This document shows, one piece after another, positions 13,201 through 25,200 of a stretch of 64,000 bases of DNA. A program made the position numbers and the translations under genes. The stretch spans positions 23,126,001 to 23,190,000 of the forward strand of contig OZ076413.1 in the NCBI GenBank assembly GCA_964187785.1, written 5' to 3'. The notes beneath the pieces were generated by a model. It was not told where the DNA came from. It made no database searches and saw nothing but the letters and a program-made list of their open reading frames with translations. The stretch comes from Amphiscolops sp. MND2022 (lineage: Eukaryota). The first letter of the stretch is position 1, and each line of letters starts with the position of its first letter.

Positions 13201-13970
13201 TTTGCCATGTCTTTCAACCGACTCATGTCTCTTAGCAATTCAGCGTTTCGTGACACGGCGTGGATTGCCAGCCATCTTCTATTCTGATAATGGTTCAAAT
13301 GTCGTTGGGGCCTCTAACGAGGTCAAGTCTTTCGGCAATGCGCTCTCTGAAACTGACGTTATTGAATCTTACTTGACAGAGCGATCCACCATCCTCCCCT
13401 CACTTTGGAGGTGCATGGGAGCGACTTGTGCGCTCGTGCAAGAAAGCTATTTTTGTCATTCTTTCGTCCGGTCGATTGACGGAGGAAACTTTGAGCACAA
13501 CCATGTGCCTTGTTGAGCAAGTATTGAACGCTCGTCCTCTTACTTGTGCTACCAGTGACCCTGATGAAAACGAGGCTCTAACGCCAAACCGCTTCCTGTT
13601 AGGTCGTGCTTCGGTTTCTCCAGTTGTAGGTGTAGTCAAACCAGATGATTTCAATCTTCGTCGTGGTTTTCGCCAATCCCTATCCCATGTGAGTTGGATT
13701 TGGAAACGATGGTTGCAGGAATATGTTCCACAGTTGCAGCGACGTCATATGTGGTTTTCAGACTCCACTTGTAACATTTGTGTTGGATCCTTTGTTTGGG
13801 TTGTAGATAGCGGTAGTCCCAAAGGTTAGCCTCTTGCGCGAGTGACTAAACTAAACATCGGTGATGAGGGCGAAACTCGATCCGACCTTGTGAAGTCTTC
13901 GAAAGGTTCTTTTGTTCGTCTTTTGTCAAACTTGTCCCATTGCCATTGTGTGGTTCTTCTGACCAAGAAC
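10240..13970 (+). pseudogene. pol: BEL pol (protease, RT, RNase H, integrase) with many stops and frameshifts
   Basis: LCDTGSTQSW at ~10253-10282. RT motifs ADIETMFMQV (~11232) and YVDD (11464). RNase H 11951-12232. Integrase FTGIDFFGPF / RFVTRRGLP / SDNGSN 13090-13320. C-terminal WKRWLQEYVPQLQRR. Confidence 0.92.
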
Positions 13971-13980
13971 GAGCCCCGGA

Positions 13981-14701
13981 TGTTCGGAATAAGTTATCTC
14001 AATTCGACTAACATTGATATTCGTAGAAAACTTCTGCCATTGTTGTAACTTTGTTCTGCCATCGTTGTAAAGTCGATTCGATCACTCAACATCAAATAAC
14101 AATCGGAAGATGTTGCTAACATGTTTGAAACAACAAAGTCTTGACAAGTGAGCGCAATGCTGTCTGCTACGAAAAATGAACAGAATGCTTGCACTTGTTC
14201 TTTTTGCAAATGTTATTGACCTTCAAACTTCGACAGGTCGGTTCGAACTTTTCATTTCAACTTCTCAAAAGTCCATGTCTAAATGTTAATAGCACAAAGG
14301 TTTACAGTCTCAGTACACTAAAAAGAGGAAAAGTTTTCCCTGAAAACAAGGAAGGTTCGGGACAGATTAGGTTTGGCTGACTGGTACCTTCGAACAGGAG
14401 GAAGACCTCCTGTCTAGTGCAAAAGCGCGAAAAAGAGGCTCGAGTAAAGACGTTATTTTCATCCTCAAAAGATAGTCATTTCTCCATATTCATTACAAAA
14501 TGATTCAAAAGTCTGTCATTTCACTTAATTCACTGTCGATATGATAACATTGTCAGCGAAACCTCTTGTAATTCATTTGTATCATTTTAAAAAGGGATCT
14601 ATACTGCTGAATAAACGATTTCTTTTACATTCTCTTTCGACCACCACTACTTAACATAACTTCGCCATCAACCAGGGCTCCTGATAGGACACCCAGGAAT
14701 A
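13981..14701 (+). repeat. 3' LTR of BEL element
   Basis: Direct repeat of 1453-2172, followed by the TSD copy GTTGC. Confidence 0.93.
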
Positions 14702-15551
14702 GTTGCAGTGGTTTTCTTAAATTTCTATTCTGAACTGTCTATTATTTGAGAGCACGCTCGGTGAAGAATGTTTTTTGGGATTTCTTAGCACACGCTCAAA
14801 ATGTCAACGCGAGCAGGACGCCCGCTATGCACATAGTCATTTTTGCTCTGCTGTATTATGGAAGTTGGAAATCAGAAAAAAGTCGGAAACTTGCGTAATA
14901 AGTTTGGAAATCATAGTTAGATTTTTTAAATGAAACCTTTTTGAAAAGGACTACTTTCTAAACCGAATTTTTCTTCTTTCGCTTAAAACCTGTGCAAACG
15001 TCGAAAGTTGAAGTTTAATTCGATCGGCATTTGTGGAAAAAGTTCAGATCTCTTCAACCGAGTGTTACAACTCCAGGAATTTTGATGACCTGGGTATTAA
15101 AAAGTTAATCTCCTTAAAAAAATATTCATCGCACATGACAATTATAGGAATTAGATCTGAGTTTCGGAGCTGTAGGTTAGTTGATTCAAATTAGATTCAA
15201 AAATCCCATTTTGAGCTACCGCCCTGAAAGCCAGCTCTGACTAGGCTGAAAGCAATGAACAGCATATAGTTTTATCTAACAAAACGACATCTCACGAAAA
15301 TAAACGAGGGATAGAAAAAATTTACCGGTCTGCCCTCGAGTTATGACTTGACAAGTTGATTAAATGATCGAAAAAAGTCCACAAGAGTCCTAGGCAACAG
15401 AAACATGTAAAAAGTATATGACCTTGAAGCTCCAGTGATGCTGTATAGTTTTGTTATCAACTGGGAGGGGGTGATGGGACAATTTTTTTGGGGTTGGGAA
15501 ACAACTGAAACGACCCGATGATTTAACCTCTTGAACATTTGTGTTTCACAG

Positions 15552-15680
15552 CAATGAGCGAAGCTTTCAAAGGGTTCGAAGTAGCCTTCAAACTTTGCAA
15601 CTTCCACGCAGCCGTGACAAGCAGAGCATATGAGAAATCAGAGGAGACACGGGTACTATTCAACGAGACTCCCAAACTAG
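15552..15680 (+). CDS. Host gene exon after the BEL-containing intron (AMSEAFKGFEVAFKLCNFH...)
   Basis: Acceptor tgtgtttcacAG at 15550-15551. The phase-1 start completes G|CA with the exon ending at 1447. The end is uncertain: GT donor after 15652 or GC donor (AG|GCACGT) after 15680. Confidence 0.55.
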
Positions 15681-15940
15681 GCACGTCACTAATTTTTGTG
15701 ATTTCAGAGTTTTTCGAACCTAAAATATTGTAATTTTTGCTCATAATGATGCCGGAGTATTCTCGTGAATAAGGTCCAACTCATGTCAATAAGGCGTAAC
15801 TTTTGCGCTCACGTCTATTTGGGGGGGACGTCAGTCACGTCTATTATACAGTGTAACGAGGTGAATGAAAGTTATTTCAACACTGAAAAGAGAAGTTTGA
15901 AGAATTCAACTAATGAACTGAAGCAGTAGTTGGCAATGAA

Positions 15941-16411
15941 CTGGTGTGTGGAACCGGGTTGAACTGAAATTACGGTTTACGGGTTATCGTCTACGCTTTA
16001 CGGTTTCAAGGTCGGTTTGAGAAAAAGACGTTTGCTTCAGAAATAATTAAATTTCTTCATCAAAAATCTTTGTTATTAATGCCTATCAATATCTTCCTTG
16101 CCCCAAAATGGCAAATGAGGGAACGCCCTCTGCAAATTATAGCGTAAAATTATAATGTTTTCAACCATATCATCACGTAAGGACGCTCGTATTTGAGACT
16201 GAAGAAGTTTATGGCGACTGAAAACTCGCTCGACTGCCGCTTCACTGGCTGGAATTTGCTGCAAAATACTTAAAATTAAATCGTTAAATGTATAAAATTC
16301 GCTAGTATTTTTCAGAAGTGTGCACGGTTCGCTTTTTTCACAACTACGGTTTACGGGTTACGGTTTGGCACGACGGGTTTCGGGCCACGGTCTGAAAATT
16401 CTACACTCCAG
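15941..16411 (-). mobile_element. Non-autonomous hAT deletion derivative (471 bp)
   Basis: Perfect 8-bp TSD GCAATGAA (15933-15940 / 16412-16419). 13-bp TIRs CTGGTGTGTGGAA / TTCTACACTCCAG (11/13). ACGG-rich subterminal repeats. Internal hAT dimerisation-domain fragment IPASEAAVERVFS (16076-16264, - strand). Confidence 0.9.
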
Positions 16412-16582
16412 GCAATGAAGCAAGTTTGAAACTAAATGAACTGCGAAATACGTAGACAATTGCTTTTTAAAGCGTTCTGGAAAATTCTCAATATTTACAA
16501 ACAGTGGCTAAAGATATCACAAGTACCTGTCAGACATACATCAAAAGAGATAAAACAATACAATATCGTTGAGTAACTATAG

Positions 16583-16736
16583 TTCCAAAATGTTTTTGAT
16601 AGAATGGTAAAGTGTCAATTATTGTTTTAAAATTTAAATCAAATTTTGGCCCAATACTACAGTATTGGGCCAAAAATTGGTTTAATTTTAAAAACAATAA
16701 TTGCCACTTTACCATTCTATCAAAAACATTTTGGAA
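16583..16736. repeat. Long palindrome (arms ~76 bp, 2-nt loop)
   Basis: AATACT-ac-AGTATT centre at 16653-16666. The arms differ by 5 mismatches and 2 single-base indels. Confidence 0.93.
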
Positions 16737-17238
16737 ATCCGTTGCATTGGACTAAAAATAATCGTAATTAGTGTCAACGCTACAAACAGAAAGGGTTTCA
16801 TGACAAAAACATCAAACCAGGTAGTTTTAGTTTTGATGTCGAATCAAATTTATAAAATCAAAAATTTATTACATGGTCTTTAGAGTTCTTTTTTTTTTAA
16901 ACTTTTATAATTCCAAAAATTCCATGATAGAATATTCCATATTTTGTAAATCTCATTGTAATATCTTTGATAAATTGTTGAGTTTCAATCATAAATAAAC
17001 AGTTTCTTTGTAAATTTCTCCAAGATTCAGCTCGAATTAGGTTTCTGTGCCGACTTTGTTGTCGTTATCTTCTTAATCAACTTTCTTCGCTTCAGTCAAA
17101 TACTTCGGAAGGATTCGATTGTTCATTCATTAGCTTCAAATGCATTCGAAATGTAGACTGAACCGAAAAGCACACGACACGTGTTACTTTTCAAAGCGTT
17201 CACATTTTGATTTTCATTTCATCAACACATTCTTCCAG

Positions 17239-17276
17239 ACAGGATTGGGTTGTTGCAAAATGCGCTAGGCCCCAAG
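17239..17276 (+). CDS. Possible small host exon (RIGLLQNALGPK)
   Basis: Acceptor ttcttccAG, donor AAG|GTGCGA. Phase 1 to 0. Confidence 0.4.
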
Positions 17277-17858
17277 GTGCGACAATCATAAATGGGTTGG
17301 TACCACGGCAAATGAGACGGAAAATCAATTCACTGATTCTCTTTCTACCTCGACGAAGCAGAGATGTGTTTTCGCAAGAGGACCCTCCTCACTGATATCG
17401 TCGCGTAAACGCTTACAGGTTGTAAAAGGTGGCTTCTCTCAGCAAAAACGCATGTTAACAGGTTCAAGTTCTCTGGTCGGCACTCTTGACAGAACCATGT
17501 TTGCGTTCGACCTGTGCACGGCTACGTTGATGCGTTGGAAAAGTTGAAGTTTTTCGGTCTCGCAGGTTGTTGTCGGCGCATCGTTCGGCCAGCACTGTCA
17601 AAAACGAAGTCGCACTAGTTCCGAAACCGCCACTTGTTTCTAAGGCTAGTGGTATAAACTCAAATCCGAGGAGTTCTTAGAGGGAGGAGTCTTGGAATTT
17701 CTGAACTTTATTGCGCAATAGCTCAAAAAGTACCGGCCAGAAGAGAAACCTTGTTCTGGTTAATTTTGTTGCATCGGAAAATTCAGACGAAGCCCCACTA
17801 GATCCTAGTTTTTTTAAATTCACTTTTTGCAATTTTCCTACTATTGTTTTTCACTCAG

Positions 17859-18084
17859 TGACGTTTCTCCCCACACTCTGGAACAGGAGTAAGTCTGGTT
17901 CTGATCGTGCTTAGCACAGTTTTGGTTTGCATACACTGCAAAAAGTGCAAGTACTCCAGAGTGGGTCTGGCTTTCGGCTCTATGGGACTGGCTCTCTTGT
18001 CCATTCTGGGAGGTCTTGCCACTGGAATGTTGATCGGGGTACCACTTATTCCTCTTATCATAGTGGTCTTCTATCTCATGCTCG
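17859..18084 (+). CDS. Exon encoding sterol-sensing-domain transmembrane helices (Patched/PTCHD/NPC1 family)
   Basis: VSLVLIVLSTVLVC...YSRVGLAFGSMGLALLSILGGLATGMLIGVPLIPLIIVVFYLMLG ends at a phase-1 donor G|GTTAGT, at the point where SSD proteins read FLxLG-xGVDD. The exon start is uncertain (17859 or 17887). Confidence 0.65.
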
Positions 18085-18419
18085 GTTAGTTCAATCCGTC
18101 TTTTCAAACATCTAAACACAACACTTTTTTCTTTTAACCGCACCAGTCAAAATTTGAAAGAGAAAATGAAAAAAAATGAGCTCTTCAAGATTAAGGGTGT
18201 AATTCACATCACCGGAGGCGGCAACATGCGACACTCACTATTGGCTACTATACCACCCGAAAAGCCCTACCAGGGGACACGACCAGATTAGTTTTATTTT
18301 GCGCCCACATTTTATGGGGGAGGAAAATTATAATCTGTGTTGCATTTTTTTCTTTTAAATTTTGCCAAATCACCCTGCCTTTTACTCCACTTTGTCTATT
18401 CATGCGCAGTAAATACGTT

Positions 18420-18620
18420 CATTCGTGCGGAAATATTTTGTTTTACTAAGGAGGACATGGAGCCTCCAAATTAATGCGTTATATCCGAATTTTTGACGTT
18501 ATATCCGAACTATATTGCGTTATACTTAAGAGGAGTGGGAGATTCGAAAAAAGGCCTCGCATTTGAAGCCGGAAATTATCCCGGTGCACAACGGGCGACT
18601 TGTTAAATATTTTGAATAAT
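18420..18620 (-). repeat. Dispersed repeat, homologous to 49060-49470
   Basis: Shares GTGCACCGGGATAATTTCCG and CTCCTTAGTAAAA...TTCGGA(T/C)ATAACGTC motifs in opposite orientation. Confidence 0.65.
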
Positions 18621-19260
18621 TTCAAGATGGAAGTCATAAACAACCAATTTATCATATTTTGACATATATACGTCGCAGTGACAAGCCGAGAAAAAAACCA
18701 CACCCATGCGTGAAGAGATTTTATACATTTTCACTTGATTAACAATTATTTGCAAATAAAGAAGTTAATTTTTTGCTCATAAAAATAACTAGTTAATGTG
18801 AAAGGGTGATAAATATATAAAGAGTGGGGCTAATCAGAAACCCGTGACGAATACCTTAAAATTTACGGAGGAAACTACTGAATTAAAATGGTTTTAAGAG
18901 CGTTAACATGAACGTGGTTAGCTGGGAATGATGGTCTCCGAAAAAAACAACAAAGCCGAAAAGTGTCATTTGAATCAAAGCCAAAAAAATCAGAGCAGGA
19001 TCGCGGATGTGTTGCTTCTCATGTCCGCAAAGACGTTAAATACCAAGTTATTGATTATGGGAGGACATTGAATGTCTGACAAAACGAGCAATATTTAACA
19101 TCCAAAAAAATCAGAATTTATGTGTTGTAAACAGACGACACAGCATTAATGTACCTCAATTCTTGCAAGAGTTTGATAACAAACTTGAGTTCTGAGAAAT
19201 TTTACAGAAGACAGTGTTGTACGTGTTAAATTCAATTTTGATTCAATCGGATAAACAAAG

Positions 19261-19786
19261 AAAAACAAACCGGGAACGGCCCAAGTCGGCGCCATATCTA
19301 AAGGTCAAAAAGACGAAAACCACTTTTTCTACAACTGGAGACAACAAAAGCTCTCAAAAAACTAAAAATTGAGAAAAAAATTCCGAATTTTTTTTGGAAT
19401 TTCATTGAAGTTTTCGGTAAGTCGCATAGTGCCGAAAAATAGAAAAAGGGGGACGCTTTGGGATTTTTTGAGCATCCATTCTGTTGCAAAATATCAAAAA
19501 TTGATAGGAGGAACAATAAAAAAATATCGGAAAAAAAACAGCAGTTCAGTGCCGAAAAAAGGAGGAAAGTCTCACAGTGTCGAAAAAAGTGGACCCTTTT
19601 GCTTTGAAATGGCTTTTCATCTCATGTTAGAGGCTTTGGATGCGTTGAAAATGAAGTACTAAGTACATATAGTAAAAGTTGGTAAATGTGCATTAATGCA
19701 CAAAAAAAGACGTTACGCGTTGAACTGACGAAAAAAAACTAGCCACTGTAAGAGTCGGGATTTTCTTCGAAAACGCCGACTAAAAA
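19261..19786 (-). mobile_element. Helentron-like non-autonomous element (DINE-1/HINE architecture)
   Basis: On the - strand: T-run + AGTCGGCG, a nearby inverted copy CCCGACT, an internal body, the subterminal inverse GCGCCGACT, the short GC-rich segment GGGCCGTTCCCGG, then T-rich end. Homologous ends occur at 28802, 46662 and 48470. Confidence 0.6.
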
Positions 19787-19892
19787 GAGACAAACTACTT
19801 TCAACGTTTGACTTTGAGCTTCAAAATTCTACATCAAGTAGAATATCAACAAAATCTGCAAAACTTCGATCATGTTTTAAAAAGGTACGAAG

Positions 19893-20220
19893 TGTAATAC
19901 GGTGCAAATACCGATCCTGAATCCTACGGTGACATTGCCAATCGAACTTGCATCGATCAAGAAGACTAGTCAAACAATTTAGATTCAAATGATGCTTTTT
20001 GTTTGTAAATACCATACTACTGTATTGTACCTTATCTATATCATTTAATCTAGAAAATAGATAGACTGTAGATCCGATCTAATAATAAAACAGGTTTGAA
20101 CTGAGACTTTTCCTTCAGTACGCAATCTATCAGTGAACGAGTCGTTCACTGATAGATTGCATACTGAAGAAAAAGTCTCAGTTCAAACCTGTTTTATTAT
20201 TCTAACCAAGACATAGTACA
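19893..20220 (+). repeat. 5' LTR (TG...CA) of Gypsy element
   Basis: Starts TGT and ends AGTACA, followed by a degenerate PBS-like GGGTGCAGTCAGC. The first 130 bp match 28341-28470 (8 mismatches). Confidence 0.75.
20081..20201. repeat. 121-bp hairpin inside the LTR (60-bp arms, 1-nt loop)
   Basis: 20081-20140 is the reverse complement of 20142-20201 with 2 mismatches. Confidence 0.98.
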
Positions 20221-22288
20221 GGGTGCAGTCAGCATTTAAATTACCCATTGGATTTTACCGAAACAAAGAATATGACAACAGAAACAAAACAAACAGAAGT
20301 ATCGAATTCCGAGGCCACGTCAGACGGAAAACGAATCTTTACACCGAAACAATGGCTCGAAAGATTCCGGCAACATATAAAGAGAAATCACAAAATCGAC
20401 CTTACCGAACTGATACAAGGAGCAAAATGACACAAAACGGTTGGATTGAAAAAGAAACAGAAACCCTAGAAAACTTCATATGGGACATAGGCCCCGAAGC
20501 ATTGTACCAAATGAAACGGGCAAAATAAAAAACCGAACCAGACAAAATAGTGGTGAAAGATCTGATCCGACTATTTAACCAGTACTTCCTACCAAAACGA
20601 AATACATATCACAACCGCGGAGAATTATTATGGACAAAACAGACTGAAACAGAAACACCCGAAGATTTCTGGCGGAGATTGATAGAAATTGAAAAGGAAT
20701 GTGCATTCGAAGGATTTACAGCTGAAGAATAATGAAAGAAAAGAAACTTGAACTGAAAAAACAATTGCGATGATCAAACAGACCCGGAAGAACCGGAAAA
20801 GCACAATACCGGAAGCTTGAATTGCAAGCCGAGAAAAAGAGATAAAAGAAGAACCAATCATTGTATGATACAAAAAATGGAACGATTCGGGACAATACCG
20901 AAAAACAAAATGACAAACGACAAAACATGCACATTTTGTAACGCACAAATTGGAACCCAGCTCACAAATGTCTGGCATTGGATAAACTTTGCAACAATTG
21001 CGGAAGGAAAGGACACATTGCTAGAGTATGTAGACAAAAAAATTACAAACGCGAAGTGCAAAGCAAAATGTAACCGAGGAAGAAACAATATCAATTGGCG
21101 GAGAATCCGACGAATCAGAATCGAGTATCTACAGACTTGAAGAGATAAATAGAATTACCGACGACAGAAACAAATACCTCACAGCAAAAGTGAAAGTGAA
21201 CGGATTTGAAAAAGAACTCATAGTAGGTACCGGATCACCGATTTCAATAAAGCCGGCAGATGAAAATTATTGAAGAAAACCGAAATCCAGAAAGTAAAGA
21301 ACTTGGTACCAAGTTGTAAACAAGAAAGAAGTAAAATTCGGAGGACAAATACCAACAGACATTGAAAACGAGAACAACAAACAGAAAATGCAAATACTAA
21401 TTACGGAAAGAGAGGACATAGCACCATATATGTGAACGGAATGGATGAAGAAATGTAATATAACATTTAGAAACATCCGAACAGGCGAAAACAACCAATC
21501 AGAAGAGAACCGAGTGATTGAAAAGGTACCGGACTTATTCAAGAACAACAACAACAGATTCCGAAATCAATATCCAATTGAAACCGGGACACTATCCGGT
21601 GAAACAAAAAACAAGACCTATCCCACTACATGTAAAAGAAGAAGTCGGTAGAGAATTGGAGAAACTAATAACAACCAGATATCTAGAAAAGTAAAACATG
21701 TTTTTGAAGATTGTTTTGTTTCTCCGGTAATAATCACCGTAAAAAATGATCAACCGGTAAAGATTGCAGTAGATTCGAGAACATTACATGACTGCTGCAT
21801 AAAAATCAGACCCCACATGCTGAATAAGAAAGAATTGTTGAATCAGGTTTCGGTAGAAGTTACAAGAGACCAAACAAAGGACGATATCGAAAATTGATCT
21901 GGATTACGCATATTGCCAAATGAAACTATCAAAAGAAACGGACCGACAATGCGTATTCGCATAACAGGTGGAAACGTTAGCGGATTATACCGATTTAGAA
22001 AGGGATTTTACGGTCTTGCCGATATACCAACAACTTTCCAAGAAAAAATTGACCGAATTTTAGAAAATTCCACACCAGCTTGAAAAGATTGGCAGACAAA
22101 AAAGTAGTCACGAGAGGAGACCGAACAGACAACGAAAAAAAATTATTTGATGTACTGAACAAAATAGAAGATGCAGGATACCGAGCGAGCGAAAGGAAAT
22201 CAGAATTCTTCCTAAACAAAACCAAATGGCGTGGACATGAAATTGATGAAGCAGTAATTGAACCAAACTCAGGGAAAGTAAAGCAATC

Positions 22289-25200
22289 CTGGACCTGAAA
22301 TACCCGGAAAAAACAAAAGAAATCATTCCTCTGTGCAATACAGTACCTCGTAAAGTTTATACCGAGATTATTGGGAGGAACCGAAAGACTTCTAAAACTG
22401 TTGGAGAAAGACTCTAAATGGAATTGAGGGAAAGAACAAGATGAAGATTTCAAAAAGATAAAGAAACTGTTGACCGAAGAACCCTGCTTAGCCCACTACG
22501 CAAAAGACAGATAACATTGTAACAACTGACGCAAGTAAAACCGGACTTGGAAAGACACTATGACAGAAGCAGTCGGACGGAGAAATAAAACCGATAGCAT
22601 TCGGAAGTAGATATCTAAACAAAAACAAACAGAACTACACTATGACAGAAACAGTCGGACGGAGAAATAAAACCGATAGCATTCGGATGTAGATATCTAA
22701 ACGAAAGCGAACAGAATTGCTCGATTGGGGAACTGGAATTATTGGCAGTTGTGTGGGAAAATGCCGAATTCACTTATACAGAAAGAAAGTCTTTTTATAC
22801 ACAGACCACCAAGTACTGAACCATTGATTAAAACCGGTGAAACCGGGAGTATAGCGCAGAACTAACTAAAAGGTTAGATCGACTCGCGCACTTTGATATA
22901 GCTATACAACACATCTCCGGCAGCAATCTAAAGGCTACCCATTTCTTGAGTAGAAAACGGATAGAAAACGCAACCACGGAAGTCGTATACAATGAGCAAT
23001 ACGTAATTAACATTCTCTCAGAACAAGCCAAATTAAACATCAAATACGGATCACTATTCGTCGACTAATCACAAAACGCTCGGGAAAGAATTAGTACAAA
23101 CGAATTAAAAAGTGATAACCAATCAAAACGCAATAGAACATTCGAGAATAATCGAGACGTAAACAAAATTGCGATCAAGCTAAATTTGCATCGACCAATC
23201 GCCGAGAAAAGTTCAAAAGGGAAAGTAAAAACCAAAAAGTAAATATAAATCAGACTTCAAATTCGAATTCAAATTATTTTTCATTATTTAAGAAGGAAAT
23301 GGACCGAGATTACTTCCTTGGGGGCACAACTGCCGAGATTTTGGAGATCATCAGACGGAGAAGAAAGAGCCCAGAAACCTTCAGACTGGTGGAAAGGCGA
23401 TTGGAAATTTCGAGACGTGGGACAATGCGCCAAACATTCGACATGAATGCACAACAACAACTCTGCCTCCCCTCCAAACTGAACAAGAGAAGCAGAAAAA
23501 AATTGCCGAGATCGACGGCGAATTGCTAACAAGGGTAAACCGATTCAGCGGAGGCTAGCAACCATTAGATGACCGAATAGTGGAAGAAGACGTTCTCGAC
23601 AACAATAACAACAACCGGAAATCATAGAAGAAGAAAATGAACTGGAAAGCGAAGGCGAAAGCCAGATAATACGGAAACACAACTTCCCAATCGTGGATTT
23701 AAAAGCTTACAACACGGAAGGACGATAGGCTCGGTTTATATAAATAAACCAAGTAATCGACAAAATGGTGGGGGACAAAAAAGCCACTGAAGACGTGATC
23801 AAGAGGGCCGAATTCAACTTCATGCTCGACGTAAAAACACTCATAGCAAAATCCACTCTGAGATCCAAATAGAGATGTGGATTGTCCACTCTGACTACTG
23901 AAACGAGTCAGAGATGCAATGAGACGAGCGGAAAAAATACAGCCCAAGAACCTTACCGACCAGCATTCGAAAAGCTATCGAACAACTGGTGACTGACATT
24001 CAATGAAGACCGCAAATCGTACCGACTGAACTGGGGAGGAAACTACTGGATATATTGCACTTCGGACATGCCGGAGCTATAAAGATGCAGGCCGAAGCCA
24101 AAATATTCTGGTGGCCAAACTTGTCAAAAAAGACCGAGGACAAAGCCAAAAACTGCATGGCTTTGGGTAAGAAACTAAAATACCAAATACCGAAAAACAA
24201 CTTCGGAAAATTAAAGACATTAACGGGACCGGGACAAAAAATCCAAATTAATTTTTCCGGAAAATTAAATCAAAACAAACTAAATGGTGAACACCAAATA
24301 CTAATCGCCATCGATAGATTTAGCAAATGGCCAATCGTAAAGGTTTGTAAGTCATCTGAAACGAAAGAAGTATTGAACTTCCTTAAACAAAATTTTAAAT
24401 TATACGGACTCCCAGAAAAAAACAAAAACGGACAAAGTCGGAGCATTCTTTTCCAAAGAATATTAAAACTTCTGCAAATCGAAAATATTGAAATCGAATA
24501 TAGCACACCGAGACTACATACCGGTACGAGAGTAGTAGTACGCGGATGACAAACGTTGAAAATTAAAAACAGCTAACATGGAAGACAATTTATTCTTGAC
24601 CGAATGTGTAAATAGAGCATTAAACGTAATCTGGTTTACATTACATACGGGATCAAAGATCACACCGTTTGAATTACATCACGGTCGCAAACCAAGAACC
24701 GAAATAACAAATGTAATGAAGTTCAAAAAATCAATTTCTTTCTAATTTGTCGTAAATGTTCATTTCAGCGAAAAACCGACCGAAGATACCAATCTACGTT
24801 ACTAGAAATGGAGAGGGGAACGTATCAAACCACATCGTAATGGCCCGCAAAAACACGGAAGAAAAGGCCTTAGCCGAAAAGTCATCGAAACTGCGATTTT
24901 CGGTATGTAACTATCCGTTTCTACTCTTCGAAAAAAAACATTGAAAGAAATCACTTGAGGGTAGAATTCGGAAAATTTACAAACGGCAATAAAAGGTACG
25001 GAACATACCGTAAGCACCGATACCGCAAAAACAATTCACCGAAAGCTTATTTCGGGTCCAGTTGTAATTCAGAAAGGGAGAAAAGTTGAAGAAAACTGGA
25101 CCTGAAACACCAGGAAAAAATAAATGAAATCATTTCTCGGTGCAATAGAATACCTCGCAAAGTTTATACCAAGATTATCGGAAGGAACGGAAAGACTCCG

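Larger units (their letters stand above)
1453..14701 (+). mobile_element. BEL/Pao LTR retrotransposon, full length, coding region decayed, gag triplicated
   Basis: Two ~720-bp LTRs starting TGTTCGGA. 5-bp TSD GTTTC (1448-1452) / GTTGC (14702-14706). Domain order gag-PR-RT-RH-INT with BEL-type motifs (YLPYHPVV..KP, FYVDD, AKCRVAP..TIPKLE, GIDFFGPF, SDNGSN). Confidence 0.95.

Noticed and set aside
15300-15340. Mariner-like CGAGGG...CCCTCG inverted repeat
   Set aside because: Only 6 bp match and there is no TA duplication on both sides.
19688-19703. 16-bp palindrome TGTGCATTAATGCACA (and ACCAGGATCCTGGT at 46436-46449)
   Set aside because: Short enough to arise by chance or to be a normal part of the host repeat. 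Not counted with the long palindromes.
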